From assembly GCA_002840015.1 (NCBI GenBank), contig PGZE01000005.1:408-64407 (forward strand): 64,000 nt of DNA, read 5' to 3'. The first letter of the stretch is position 1, and every line of letters starts with the position of its first letter. Made by a program: the position numbers and the translations under genes. Under the pieces are notes generated by a model. It made no database searches. It saw only the letters and a list, made by a program, of their open reading frames with translations, and had not been told where the DNA came from. This DNA comes from Gammaproteobacteria bacterium HGW-Gammaproteobacteria-2 (lineage in GTDB: Bacteria; Pseudomonadota; Gammaproteobacteria; Xanthomonadales; Xanthomonadaceae). Below, one piece after another: positions 51,703 to 60,753 of the stretch.

Positions 51703-52515
51703 ATGAACCATTCTGCTTCCCTGCTGCTCGCCTGCACCGTCACCGCACTGCTGGCCGGCTGTCAGCAGGACGCGCAAACCCAAGACACAGCGACCAAGGC
51801 GCCGGCGTCCGCCGAAGGTGCCAAGGCCGAGGCCGAGGCCGCCGCTGCGGCTCCGATGCTGGTCGCCGACACCGCCATCGATCAAGCCTGGCCGCCAACC
51901 GGGTGCCCCGATGCCGCTGCGGTGCGCGCCTTCATCGCCAATCCCGGCAATCAGCAGTTTTCGAGCTATCTGGGGCTGTATTCGGGCGATGACAACCCGG
52001 TCAGCAATGGCAACATCGTGTGGCTGGGCTATGCCCACGGGGCTTCGATCCAGCCACCGAATGTCGCGTCGATTGTGCCAAAGACCGCGTCGGGGCAGGG
52101 CTGGATGCTGCGTTGGAACATCAGTGACCGGGTCGCGATCGGCGGAAATTCGGCAAAACAGGCTTTTTCCAGCCACTACGCCTGGGATTACGACGCGAGC
52201 CGTGATGGCGATTACGCGGTCGCCGCGCTCGCCATCAACAAGTGTACGCAGCGCGGCAACAACCCGCCGAGTTGCGAGCAGCCACTGTTCGGCAAGGACG
52301 CGTGGCAGGCGGACGAGCGCGGCCACGATTTCGATATCTGCCCGCCGGTCATCCTCAGCGAAGATCCGACCTCGCTGTATGCCTTCGACCGGAATACTAC
52401 TCAGGCCACCTACGATTACAGCCTGGCGTTCATCCTGCGCAATGGCGATACCAAAGCGGGCCTGCGCATCATCGTCGATCCGAGAGTTGAAAATGGTGGC
52501 GTGCAAACGCGCTAA
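51703..52515 (+). CDS. hypothetical lipoprotein
   Basis: MNHSASLLLACTVTALLAGC lipobox. 82 bp after the TIR gene on the same strand. No domain recognised. Confidence 0.65.
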   Translation: MNHSASLLLACTVTALLAGCQQDAQTQDTATKAPASAEGAKAEAEAAAAAPMLVADTAIDQAWPPTGCPDAAAVRAFIANPGNQQFSSYLGLYSGDDNPVSNGNIVWLGYAHGASIQPPNVASIVPKTASGQGWMLRWNISDRVAIGGNSAKQAFSSHYAWDYDASRDGDYAVAALAINKCTQRGNNPPSCEQPLFGKDAWQADERGHDFDICPPVILSEDPTSLYAFDRNTTQATYDYSLAFILRNGDTKAGLRIIVDPRVENGGVQTR

Positions 52516-52741
52516 CCCAACCGCGCCGATCTCCCTGCAGCGGGTGCGTCGGCTTACCTGCCGCCTCGGCAGGCAAGCATGGGCAAACGCTGCGGTGAAG
52601 CAACGCCCGGGTGGCGAATCTTGGCGACTCGACGCTGGTATGTATTGCCGGAAGGAGGAAGCCCGGTCACCAAAGAATGCAAAAAAAACTACGCCACAAC
52701 GCGCTGATCGCCGAGTAACGACGAGCGACGCAACACCGTCA

Positions 52742-53701
52742 TTACCGCGCCGAATGGCCGGTTGCCTCGTAGCTTGCGCGTTCGAACAAGCCCGGCTGCA
52801 CCAGGTTGATGAAGGCCCGCGCCTGCGCGCTGAGGAACTTGCCCTTGCGCATCACCACGCCGTAGCTGCGCGCCGGAAAATACTGGCTGACATCGCGGAT
52901 TGCGAGGCGCTCACGGTCGGCATCGGTGAGGCAGAAGCCGGTGACGATGGATATGCCAAGGCCCATCGCCACGTACTGCTTGATCACCTCCCAGCCGCCC
53001 ACTTCCAGCGCCACGGTATACGGTACCCGGTTTTGCTGGAATACCAGATCAACCAGCCGGTAGGTGGTCAGCCGCCGTGGCGGCAGGATCAGGCCGTACG
53101 GCGAAAGGTCCTCCAGGCGCAGCTCGGGCTTGCCGGCCAATGGATGATCGGGCGGGGTGATCAACATCGCATCGAAGGTGTAGACCGGCGCGTAATCCAG
53201 GTCGCGCGGCACATCCAGCATCGAGCCAAACGCGAAGTCGGCGGCATCCGAGCGCAATAGCGCCAGGCCATCGACGCCGGTGACATTCTGCAATTCCAGA
53301 TGCACCTCGGGGTAGGCGGCGCGGAACGCCTTTACCAGCGGCGGCAACAGGTAGAGGATGGTGGAACTGCCAGCGGCGATATGCAACTCGCCGCCCTCAA
53401 GGCCGCGCAAACGCTCGCGGAAGCTGGCTTCCAGCCCGTCCAGGCCCTCGATCAACGGGCGCGCGAGGTCGTACAGCAATTCGCCCTCGCGGGTGAGGCT
53501 GAAACGTCGGCCACTGCGCTCGAACAACGGCATGCCCATGTCGCGTGCCAGGGCCTGCAATTGCAGGGTGACGGCAGGCTGACTCAGGAACAGGGCTTCG
53601 GCGACACGCGACACTGAACCCAGCCGCGCAAGCTGGCAAAAGGCACGCAACGGCTTGATCCGATCACCCTTGTAATAAAATCGCGTGCTGCGCTGCGTCA
53701 T
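52742..53701 (-). CDS. LysR family transcriptional regulator
   Basis: N-terminal wHTH (LRAFCQLARLGSVSRVAEALFLSQPAVTLQLQALA) and a LysR substrate-binding fold. Divergent from aceB. Confidence 0.9.
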   Translation of the reverse strand: MTQRSTRFYYKGDRIKPLRAFCQLARLGSVSRVAEALFLSQPAVTLQLQALARDMGMPLFERSGRRFSLTREGELLYDLARPLIEGLDGLEASFRERLRGLEGGELHIAAGSSTILYLLPPLVKAFRAAYPEVHLELQNVTGVDGLALLRSDAADFAFGSMLDVPRDLDYAPVYTFDAMLITPPDHPLAGKPELRLEDLSPYGLILPPRRLTTYRLVDLVFQQNRVPYTVALEVGGWEVIKQYVAMGLGISIVTGFCLTDADRERLAIRDVSQYFPARSYGVVMRKGKFLSAQARAFINLVQPGLFERASYEATGHSAR

Positions 53702-53795
53702 AAATCATTGCCTGAGTTACAGTATTTGCTGAGCTTATACCTTTTATTGAAAACTATGCATTGTCAAATACATCAATCAACCCTAGGGTGAGTCC

Positions 53796-55421
53796 ATGAG
53801 CAATCAAGCCGCTACGCAATCCACCACCGCCGCCACTGGCCTGCACCTGCTTGCCAGCGCGCCCGGACAGGAAGCGATCCTGCCGCCGCCGTTATTGGCG
53901 TTGCTGGAAGCCCTGCATCGCCGCTTTGAGTCTGAACGCCAGGCCCGGCTGGCTGCACGCCGCGCCAACCAGGCCCGGTTCGATGCTGGTGACTTGCCGG
54001 ACTTTCGCGCCGATACCCGCGCCATCCGCGACGGCGATTGGCAGGTGGCGCCGACCCCGGACGCGCTGCTCGATCGCCGCGTTGAAATCACCGGGCCGGT
54101 CGAGCCGAAAATGGTGATCAACGCGCTCAACTCCGGCGCCCGCGTGTACATGGCCGACTTCGAGGACTCCACGGCGCCGGCATGGAACACGCTGATCGCC
54201 GGCCAACAGGCCCTGTGCGATGCAGTGGCCGGCACGCTGCAATGGACCAGCCCCCAAGGCAAACACTACGCGCTCAAGCGCGAAGGCCAGGCGGTGCTGA
54301 TGGTGCGCCCACGCGGCTGGCATTTGCCGGAAAACCATGTGCTGATCGATGGCGAAGCGCTGGCTGGATCGCTGTTCGATGTCGCGGTGTTCGCCTTCCA
54401 CAACGCAACTGCATTGGCGGCACGTGATCGCGGCCCGTACGTGTACCTGCCCAAGCTCGAAAGCATGGAAGAAGCGGCGCTGTGGGATGAAGTGCTGGCC
54501 TTTATCGAAGTGCAACTGGGCCTGAGCATCGGCACGATCAAGGCGACGGTGCTGATCGAAACGCTGCCGGCGGCATTCCAGATGCACGAGATTTTGCACG
54601 CCCTTCGTGGCCGTGCGGTGGGCCTGAACTGCGGGCGCTGGGATTACATCTTCAGCTACCTCAAAACCTTCCGCGCACACCCCGACCGGGTGCTGCCCGA
54701 GCGCGGCCAGGTGGGCATGACCCAACCCTTCCTCAAAGCCTATTCCGAACTGCTGATCCAGACCTGCCATCGCCGTGGCGCCCACGCCATGGGCGGCATG
54801 GCGGCGCAGATTCCGATCAGCGGCGATGCCGAGGCCAACGACGCGGCGCTGGCGCGGGTGCGCGCCGACAAACTGCGCGAAGTGAGCGCCGGCCACGACG
54901 GCACCTGGGTGGCGCATCCGGCGCTGATTACGCTGGCGCAGGCGGTGTTCGATGAGCACATGCCAACGCCGAACCAGCGCCATGTCAGCCGTGATGATGT
55001 GCAGGTGAGCCGCGATCAGTTGATTGCCCCGTGCATCGGCAGCATCAGCCGCGCTGGCTTCGAGAACAATGTTGAAGTCTGCGTGCGCTACCTCGCCGCC
55101 TGGCTCGACGGCCAGGGCTGCGTGCCGATCCACTGGCTGATGGAAGACGCCGCTACCGCCGAAATCGCGCGCACACAATTGTGGCAATGGCTGCATTACC
55201 AGCAACTGAGCGGCCACTCGCTGCACCTGGATGATGGCAGCGCCATCGACTTCACCCTGTTCGATCGTGCCCTGCTCAACCTGCCCTCACGGCTGGGCAG
55301 CCGCGCCGCCTTGCCCGGCGGTGACCGCATCGACGAGGCCATCGCCCTGCTCGACGAACTGACCCAGCGCGACACGCTGGTCGATTTTCTCACCCTGCCC
55401 GCCTACCCACGACTGACCTGA
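53796..55421 (+). CDS. aceB: malate synthase A
   Basis: Collinear with E. coli AceB: RRVEITGPVEPKMVINALN, MADFEDS, GLNCGRWDYIFS, HDGTWVAHP, MEDAATAEI. Confidence 0.95.
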   Translation: MSNQAATQSTTAATGLHLLASAPGQEAILPPPLLALLEALHRRFESERQARLAARRANQARFDAGDLPDFRADTRAIRDGDWQVAPTPDALLDRRVEITGPVEPKMVINALNSGARVYMADFEDSTAPAWNTLIAGQQALCDAVAGTLQWTSPQGKHYALKREGQAVLMVRPRGWHLPENHVLIDGEALAGSLFDVAVFAFHNATALAARDRGPYVYLPKLESMEEAALWDEVLAFIEVQLGLSIGTIKATVLIETLPAAFQMHEILHALRGRAVGLNCGRWDYIFSYLKTFRAHPDRVLPERGQVGMTQPFLKAYSELLIQTCHRRGAHAMGGMAAQIPISGDAEANDAALARVRADKLREVSAGHDGTWVAHPALITLAQAVFDEHMPTPNQRHVSRDDVQVSRDQLIAPCIGSISRAGFENNVEVCVRYLAAWLDGQGCVPIHWLMEDAATAEIARTQLWQWLHYQQLSGHSLHLDDGSAIDFTLFDRALLNLPSRLGSRAALPGGDRIDEAIALLDELTQRDTLVDFLTLPAYPRLT

Positions 55422-55445
55422 CCCCTCGCCCACAAGGACTTCGCC

Positions 55446-56697
55446 ATGAGCACCGCACACGCCACCGCTGAACAACTGCAACAAGACTGGAACGCCAATC
55501 CCCGTTGGCAGGGCATCACCCGCCCGTACAGCGCCGCCGAAGTGGTGCGCCTGCGCGGCACGGTGCCGGTGGAACATTCACTGGCGCGTCTTGGCGCGGA
55601 AAAGTTCTGGAAATCGCTGCACAGCGAACCGTTCGTGAATGCGCTCGGCGCACTCACCGGCAACCAGGCGATGCAGCAGGTCAAGGCCGGGCTCAAGGCG
55701 ATCTACCTGTCCGGCTGGCAGGTGGCCGCCGACGCCAATGTCGCCGGTGAAATGTATCCCGATCAATCGCTGTATCCGGCCAACTCGGTGCCACTGGTGG
55801 TCAAGCGCATCAACAACACGCTGCTGCGCGCCGATCAACTGCATCACGCCGAAGGCGATGACAGCGTCGACTGGTTGCAGCCGATCGTGGCCGATGCCGA
55901 GGCCGGTTTTGGCGGCGTGCTCAACGCGTTTGAACTGATGAAGGCGATGATCGAGGCCGGCGCCGCCGCGGTGCATTTCGAGGACCAACTCGCCTCGGTG
56001 AAAAAGTGCGGGCACATGGGCGGCAAGGTGCTGGTACCCACCCGCGAGGCGATCGACAAGCTGGTCGCTGCGCGGCTGGCGGCGGATGTGAGCGGCGTGC
56101 CGAGCATCATCATTGCCCGCACCGATGCCGAAGCCGCCGATCTGTTGACCTCCGACATCGATGCCAACGACAAGGCCTTCTGCACCGGCGAGCGCACCGC
56201 CGAGGGTTTCTTCAAGACCCGCAACGGCATTGACCAGGCGATCAGCCGTGGCCTCGCCTACGCTCGCACGCAAGTTCGCCGCCGCCATCCATGCCAAGTT
56301 CCCCGGCAAGTTGCTGGCCTACAACTGCTCGCCGAGCTTCAACTGGAAGAAGCATCTCGACGACGCCACCATCGCCTCGTTCCAGCGCGAGCTGGCGAGC
56401 ATGGGCTACAAGTTCCAGTTCATCACCCTGGCCGGGTTCCATGCGCTCAACTACGGCATGTTCGATCTCGCCTACGGCTACGCCCGCACCCAGATGAGCG
56501 CGTTCGTCAACCTGCAACAAGCCGAGTTCGCCGCTGCCGAGCGCGGCTTCACGGCGGTCAAGCACCAGCGCGAAGTGGGCACCGGTTATTTCGACTCGGT
56601 CACCCAGACCATCCAGGGCAGCAACTCGGCGACGGTTGCGCTGAAGGGTTCGACCGAAGAAGAGCAGTTCTACGACAAGACCAGCGCGGCGGCGTGA
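55446..56697 (+). pseudogene. aceA: isocitrate lyase, disrupted by an internal deletion and frameshift
   Basis: The frame from 55446 matches ICL through KKCGHMGGK to ISRGLAYA (about 56262). The remainder ([28 protein letters not shown]...) is in the +1 frame (ORF 56161..56697). About 16 residues (PYADLVWCETSTPDLE in E. coli) are absent. Confidence 0.87.
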
Positions 56698-56720
56698 ATC
56701 AATAACCAACCCTACCGTAG

Positions 56721-56740
56721 GGGCGCAATTCATCGCGCCC
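56721..56740. repeat. REP-type hairpin GGGCGC aattcatc GCGCCC after aceA
   Basis: Read directly. Belongs to the GTAGGGGCGCAATTCATxGCGCCC repeat class. Possible terminator. Confidence 0.5.
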
Positions 56741-56798
56741 TGATTTACCGCATCCAACAGCCGGGTGCGCAATGCGCCGAGCCTGTCGCCGATCACGT

Positions 56799-56827
56799 TT
56801 GACGCGTTGATTTTTCGTAACTACACT
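56799..56827 (+). promoter_or_regulatory. candidate sigma70 promoter (TTGACG, 17-nt spacer, TACACT) for the brnTA pair
   Basis: The -10 ends 7 nt before the ATG at 56835, implying a leaderless or near-leaderless mRNA. Confidence 0.4.
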
Positions 56828-56834
56828 ATATGCA

Positions 56835-57104
56835 ATGCGAATCACCTGCGACCCCGCCAAGCGTCAACAGACGATGCAGGATCGTGGTGTGGACATGTTA
56901 CGTGCCGGGGAAGTCTTCGCCGGCCCACATTTTACGCGCAGTGACGATCGCCGCGATTACGGAGAACCACGCTTCATCAGTACCGGCTGGCTCGACGCGC
57001 GACTGGTGGTGTTCGCATGGACACCCCGCGGCAGCGCAAGGCGCATCATCAGCATGAGGCATTGCCATGAACGTGAAGCAAAAAAAATCCGCACCCACCT
57101 CTGA
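56835..57104 (+). CDS. brnT: BrnT family (DUF497) toxin
   Basis: DPAKRQQTMQDRGVDM, EPRFISTGWLDARLVVFAWTPRGSARRIISMR: the typical BrnT pattern (..RIISxRxA..E). Confidence 0.78.
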   Translation: MRITCDPAKRQQTMQDRGVDMLRAGEVFAGPHFTRSDDRRDYGEPRFISTGWLDARLVVFAWTPRGSARRIISMRHCHEREAKKIRTHL

Positions 57105-57321
57105 TGACATCGATACATTGCCGGAAATTTCGGACAACTGGATCGCCGAGGCCGATCTTTATCACGGCGAAACGCTGGTGCGCAAAGGCAGACCAAAGCT
57201 TGCCCAGCCACGCCAGTTGTTGACGATCCGCCTGCCTCCCGAAATCATTGCAAAGTGGAAAGCAACCGGCCCAGGTTGGCAAACGCGAATGGCAGAAGCT
57301 CTGGAGAAAGCCATTCATTAG
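57067..57321 (+). CDS. brnA: BrnA antitoxin family protein
   Basis: RKGRPKLAQPRQLLTIRLPPEIIAKWKATGPGWQTRMAEAL is the BrnA signature (GRPK...GWQTR). Overlaps brnT. Confidence 0.8.
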   Translation: MNVKQKKSAPTSDDIDTLPEISDNWIAEADLYHGETLVRKGRPKLAQPRQLLTIRLPPEIIAKWKATGPGWQTRMAEALEKAIH

Positions 57322-57429
57322 CCGCTCGCCGCTGCACCGCAACAAGGCAATGCGCACAAACTAAGGCACCATCACGAATTGACTCGCTTCGGTTCACAAC
57401 CGATGCTTGCCCCAAGGGCACAATGAACG

Positions 57430-58791
57430 ATGGAGCAGTGCATGGCGGAACGACTTCACGAAACCGGCGATGGCAATCGCCCGAGCGCGGCGCAGATCGC
57501 CGATAATTTTTCTGATCTGCATCCGCCGCTCGGTGCCGCAAAGAGCGATGTCGAGGCCAATCGCTGCCTGTACTGTTACGACGCACCGTGCGTACGCGCC
57601 TGCCCCACCGGCATCGACATCCCGCGCTTCATCCATCAGATTCGCACCGGCAATCTCGACGGTTCGGCGCGCACCATCCTGTCGGCTAATATCCTCGGCG
57701 GCACCTGCGCGCGCGCCTGCCCCACCGAAGTGTTGTGCGAGCAGGCCTGCGTACTCAATGCCGGCGAAGACGCACCAATTGCGATTGGCGCGCTGCAACG
57801 GCATGCGGTGGATCATCTGCTGGCCAAAGGCGGTGCGCATCCGTTCGTGCGCGCCGCCGATTCGGGCAAGCGCATTGCCGTGGTCGGCGCTGGCCCGGCC
57901 GGGCTGGCGTTCGCGCATCGCGCCGCGATGCTGGGCCATGCGGTCACCGTATTTGATGCCAAGCCCAAACCCGGCGGCCTCAACGAATACGGCCTGGCGG
58001 CGTACAAGATGACCGACGACTTTGCGCAGCGCGAGGTCGATTTTCTGCTCGGCATCGGCGGCATCGAAGTGCGCCACGGGCAACGCCTCGGCGAGCAATT
58101 GCAACTGGCGCAATTGCGCGCGGACTTCGATGCCGTGTTCCTGGCCATGGGGCTGGGCGGTAGCAATGCGCTGGGTGTGCACGGCGAGGACCTGCCCGGT
58201 GTGCGCGATGCCATCGACTTCATCGAAGAACTGCGGCAGGCGCCGGACAAGTCGAAGGTCGCCATCGGCAACGACGTGGTAGTGATTGGCGGCGGCAATA
58301 CTGCGATCGATGCCGCCGTTCAGGCGCGCCGTCTCGGTGCGCGCCGGGTCACCCTGGTCTATCGGCGCGGTGCGGCGCAGATGGGCGCGACCGAATGGGA
58401 ACAGGATCTGGCGCGCAGCAACGGCGTGATCGTCGAGCTGTGGGCAAAGCCGGTTGTGCTCGAAGGCGAAGGCAAGGTTGCGTCCGTGGTTTTCGAGCGC
58501 ACCCAGTTGCGCGATGGCAAGCTGGTTGGCAACGGCGATACCTTCCGTGTTGCCGCCGACCAGGTGTTCAAGGCGATTGGCCAGCACCTGCTCGCCGATG
58601 CATTGGCGGGGTTGAACATGGCACACGGCAAGATCGATGTCGATGCGCAATTGCGCAGCAGTCTGGACGGTGTGTATGCCGGCGGCGATTGCATCGTCAG
58701 CGGTCTTGATCTGACCGTGCAGGCGGTGGAAGACGGCAAACGTGCCGCGCACAGCGTCGACGCCTGGTTGCGCGGTAAGGGACAGGAGTAA
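57430..58791 (+). CDS. preT: NAD-dependent dihydropyrimidine dehydrogenase subunit PreT (GltD-like)
   Basis: Fe-S Cys cluster CLYCYDAPCVRACP, FAD/NAD folds VVGAGPAGL and VIGGGNTAID. Confidence 0.9.
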   Translation: MEQCMAERLHETGDGNRPSAAQIADNFSDLHPPLGAAKSDVEANRCLYCYDAPCVRACPTGIDIPRFIHQIRTGNLDGSARTILSANILGGTCARACPTEVLCEQACVLNAGEDAPIAIGALQRHAVDHLLAKGGAHPFVRAADSGKRIAVVGAGPAGLAFAHRAAMLGHAVTVFDAKPKPGGLNEYGLAAYKMTDDFAQREVDFLLGIGGIEVRHGQRLGEQLQLAQLRADFDAVFLAMGLGGSNALGVHGEDLPGVRDAIDFIEELRQAPDKSKVAIGNDVVVIGGGNTAIDAAVQARRLGARRVTLVYRRGAAQMGATEWEQDLARSNGVIVELWAKPVVLEGEGKVASVVFERTQLRDGKLVGNGDTFRVAADQVFKAIGQHLLADALAGLNMAHGKIDVDAQLRSSLDGVYAGGDCIVSGLDLTVQAVEDGKRAAHSVDAWLRGKGQE

Positions 58792-58796
58792 GGGCC

Positions 58797-60080
58797 ATGG
58801 CCGATCTGAGTTGCAGCATCGCGGGTATCCGCAGCATCAATCCGTTCTGGCTGGCCTCGGCGCCGCCGACCGACAAGCAGATCAATGTCGAACGCGCGTT
58901 CGCCGCCGGCTGGGGTGGTGTGGTCTGGAAGACCCTCGGCAACGATCCACCGGTGGTCAACGTGACCAGCCGCTACGGCGTGCATCGCAGCTCATTGCGC
59001 GGCGTGCTCGGTATCAACAACATCGAGCTGATCTCCGACCGCGCGCTGGCGGTGAACCTGCGCGAGATCGAAGCGGTGCGCAAGCGCTGGCCGGACCGCA
59101 TCATCATCGGCTCGATGATGGCGCCGATCGACGAGCAGGCGTGGAAGGAACTGGCGATCAAGATCGCCAATTCCGGCGTACATGGCATCGAGTTGAACCT
59201 CGGTTGCCCGCATGGCATGTGCGAGCGCGGCATGGGCTCGGCGATCGGCCAGGTGCCGGAGTTTGTCGAGCAAACCACGCGCTGGGTGCGCGAAGCCGTG
59301 AACATCCCGGTATTCACCAAGCTCACCCCCAACATCACCGATATTCTGGTGCCGGCTGAAGCCGCACTGGCTGGCGGCGCGCATGCGGTGTCGCTGATCA
59401 ACACCGTCAACTCGATCACCTCGGTCGATCTGGACACGATGGCGCCCACGCCCACCGTCGATGGCAAGGGCACCCACGGCGGCTACTGCGGCGCTGCGGT
59501 GAAACCCATCGCCTTGAACATGGTGTCGCGCATCACCAGCCAGCCCAGCACACGCGGACTGGAAATTTCCGCCATCGGCGGCATCATGAACTGGCGCGAT
59601 GCCGCCGAGTTCATCGCGCTGGGTGCGTCGGCAGTGCAGGTGTGTACGGCGGCGATGCTGTACGGCTTTCGCATTGTCGATGACATGATCGACGGTCTGT
59701 CGGTGTTCATGGACGACAAGGGCTATCGCAGCATTGCCGATTTCCGTGGCAAGGCGTTACACAACGTCGTCGATTGGAACGCCTTGAACATGAACTTCGA
59801 TCTCAAGGCAAAGATCGACCCGGATACCTGCATCGAATGCGGTCGCTGTCACATCGCCTGCGAGGACACTTCGCATCAGGCGATCCGCTTCGATCATCTA
59901 CCCGATGGCGGCCGCCGCTTCACCGTCATCGATGACGAATGCGTCGGCTGCAACCTGTGCCAGATCGTGTGCCCGGTGCCCGAGTGCATCAGCATGATTC
60001 CGGTTGCCAACGGGCTTGCACCGATCACCTGGCCCGAACATCCCGACAACCCGTTGCGCAGCGGCGCATGCGCGGAGTGA
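58797..60080 (+). CDS. preA: NAD-dependent dihydropyrimidine dehydrogenase subunit PreA
   Basis: DHOD-like TIM barrel (IELNLGCPHGM, LINTVNS) and a C-terminal 2x[4Fe-4S] (CIECGRCHIAC, CVGCNLCQIVCP). Confidence 0.92.
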   Translation: MADLSCSIAGIRSINPFWLASAPPTDKQINVERAFAAGWGGVVWKTLGNDPPVVNVTSRYGVHRSSLRGVLGINNIELISDRALAVNLREIEAVRKRWPDRIIIGSMMAPIDEQAWKELAIKIANSGVHGIELNLGCPHGMCERGMGSAIGQVPEFVEQTTRWVREAVNIPVFTKLTPNITDILVPAEAALAGGAHAVSLINTVNSITSVDLDTMAPTPTVDGKGTHGGYCGAAVKPIALNMVSRITSQPSTRGLEISAIGGIMNWRDAAEFIALGASAVQVCTAAMLYGFRIVDDMIDGLSVFMDDKGYRSIADFRGKALHNVVDWNALNMNFDLKAKIDPDTCIECGRCHIACEDTSHQAIRFDHLPDGGRRFTVIDDECVGCNLCQIVCPVPECISMIPVANGLAPITWPEHPDNPLRSGACAE

Positions 60081-60115
60081 TGACAATAGGCACACTGATG
60101 GCATAGCATGAGCAG

Positions 60116-60409
60116 ATGAAACCTTTTCGCTGGAGTGCGGAAAAGAACGAAACGCTGCGGGTTGAGCGGGGCGTTTCGTTCGAGAGCATCGTGGTCGCGA
60201 TCGAGTCCGGAGGGCTGCTGGACATTCTGGCCCACCCGAACAAGACGAGGTACCCAAGGCAGCGTGTTCTCGTGGTTGCATACGACGACTACGCCTACCT
60301 CGTGCCCTTCGTGGAAGATGACGACTACATCTTTCTTAAAACCGTGATCCCAAGCCGCAAGGCGACGCGGGATCGATTACATCGAGGGAAAACCGATGCC
60401 GAAGATTGA
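60116..60409 (+). CDS. type II toxin, BrnT-like/DUF497-like
   Basis: FRWSAEKNETLRVERGVSFESI ... IFLKTVIPSRKATRD. Paired and overlapping with a CopG-type antitoxin. Family assignment is tentative. Confidence 0.6.
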   Translation: MKPFRWSAEKNETLRVERGVSFESIVVAIESGGLLDILAHPNKTRYPRQRVLVVAYDDYAYLVPFVEDDDYIFLKTVIPSRKATRDRLHRGKTDAED

Positions 60410-60725
60410 CGACTACGAGCGCGAGATACTGGACGCTTTCGAGCGAGATCGACTCGTGTCCGTGGCCACGCAAGCGGAGCTGGCGAGATTCAAGGCCGCT
60501 GCCCGCGCAACCGCGATCAAGGATCGCCGCGTCAACATCCGCCTGTCCTCCAGCGATCTGAGCGACATCCAGGTCAGGGCACTGGAGGAAGGCGTGCCGT
60601 ACCAGACCTTGATCGCCAGCGTGCTGCACAAATATGTCACCGGCCGCCTGGCCGAGCGGCCTGGGCTTGCGGCTGATGCGCCGCGCAAGCCGGCCGCGAG
60701 GCGGCGCGGCGTGTCGAGCAACTGA
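60396..60725 (+). CDS. CopG/RHH-type antitoxin (BrnA-like, CopG_antitoxin family)
   Basis: RVNIRLSSSDLSDIQVRALEEGVPYQTLIASVLHKYVTG is the characteristic RHH antitoxin C-terminus. Confidence 0.7.
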   Translation: MPKIDDYEREILDAFERDRLVSVATQAELARFKAAARATAIKDRRVNIRLSSSDLSDIQVRALEEGVPYQTLIASVLHKYVTGRLAERPGLAADAPRKPAARRRGVSSN

Positions 60726-60753
60726 TATCGAACCCTCTGCAGGAAACCACACC

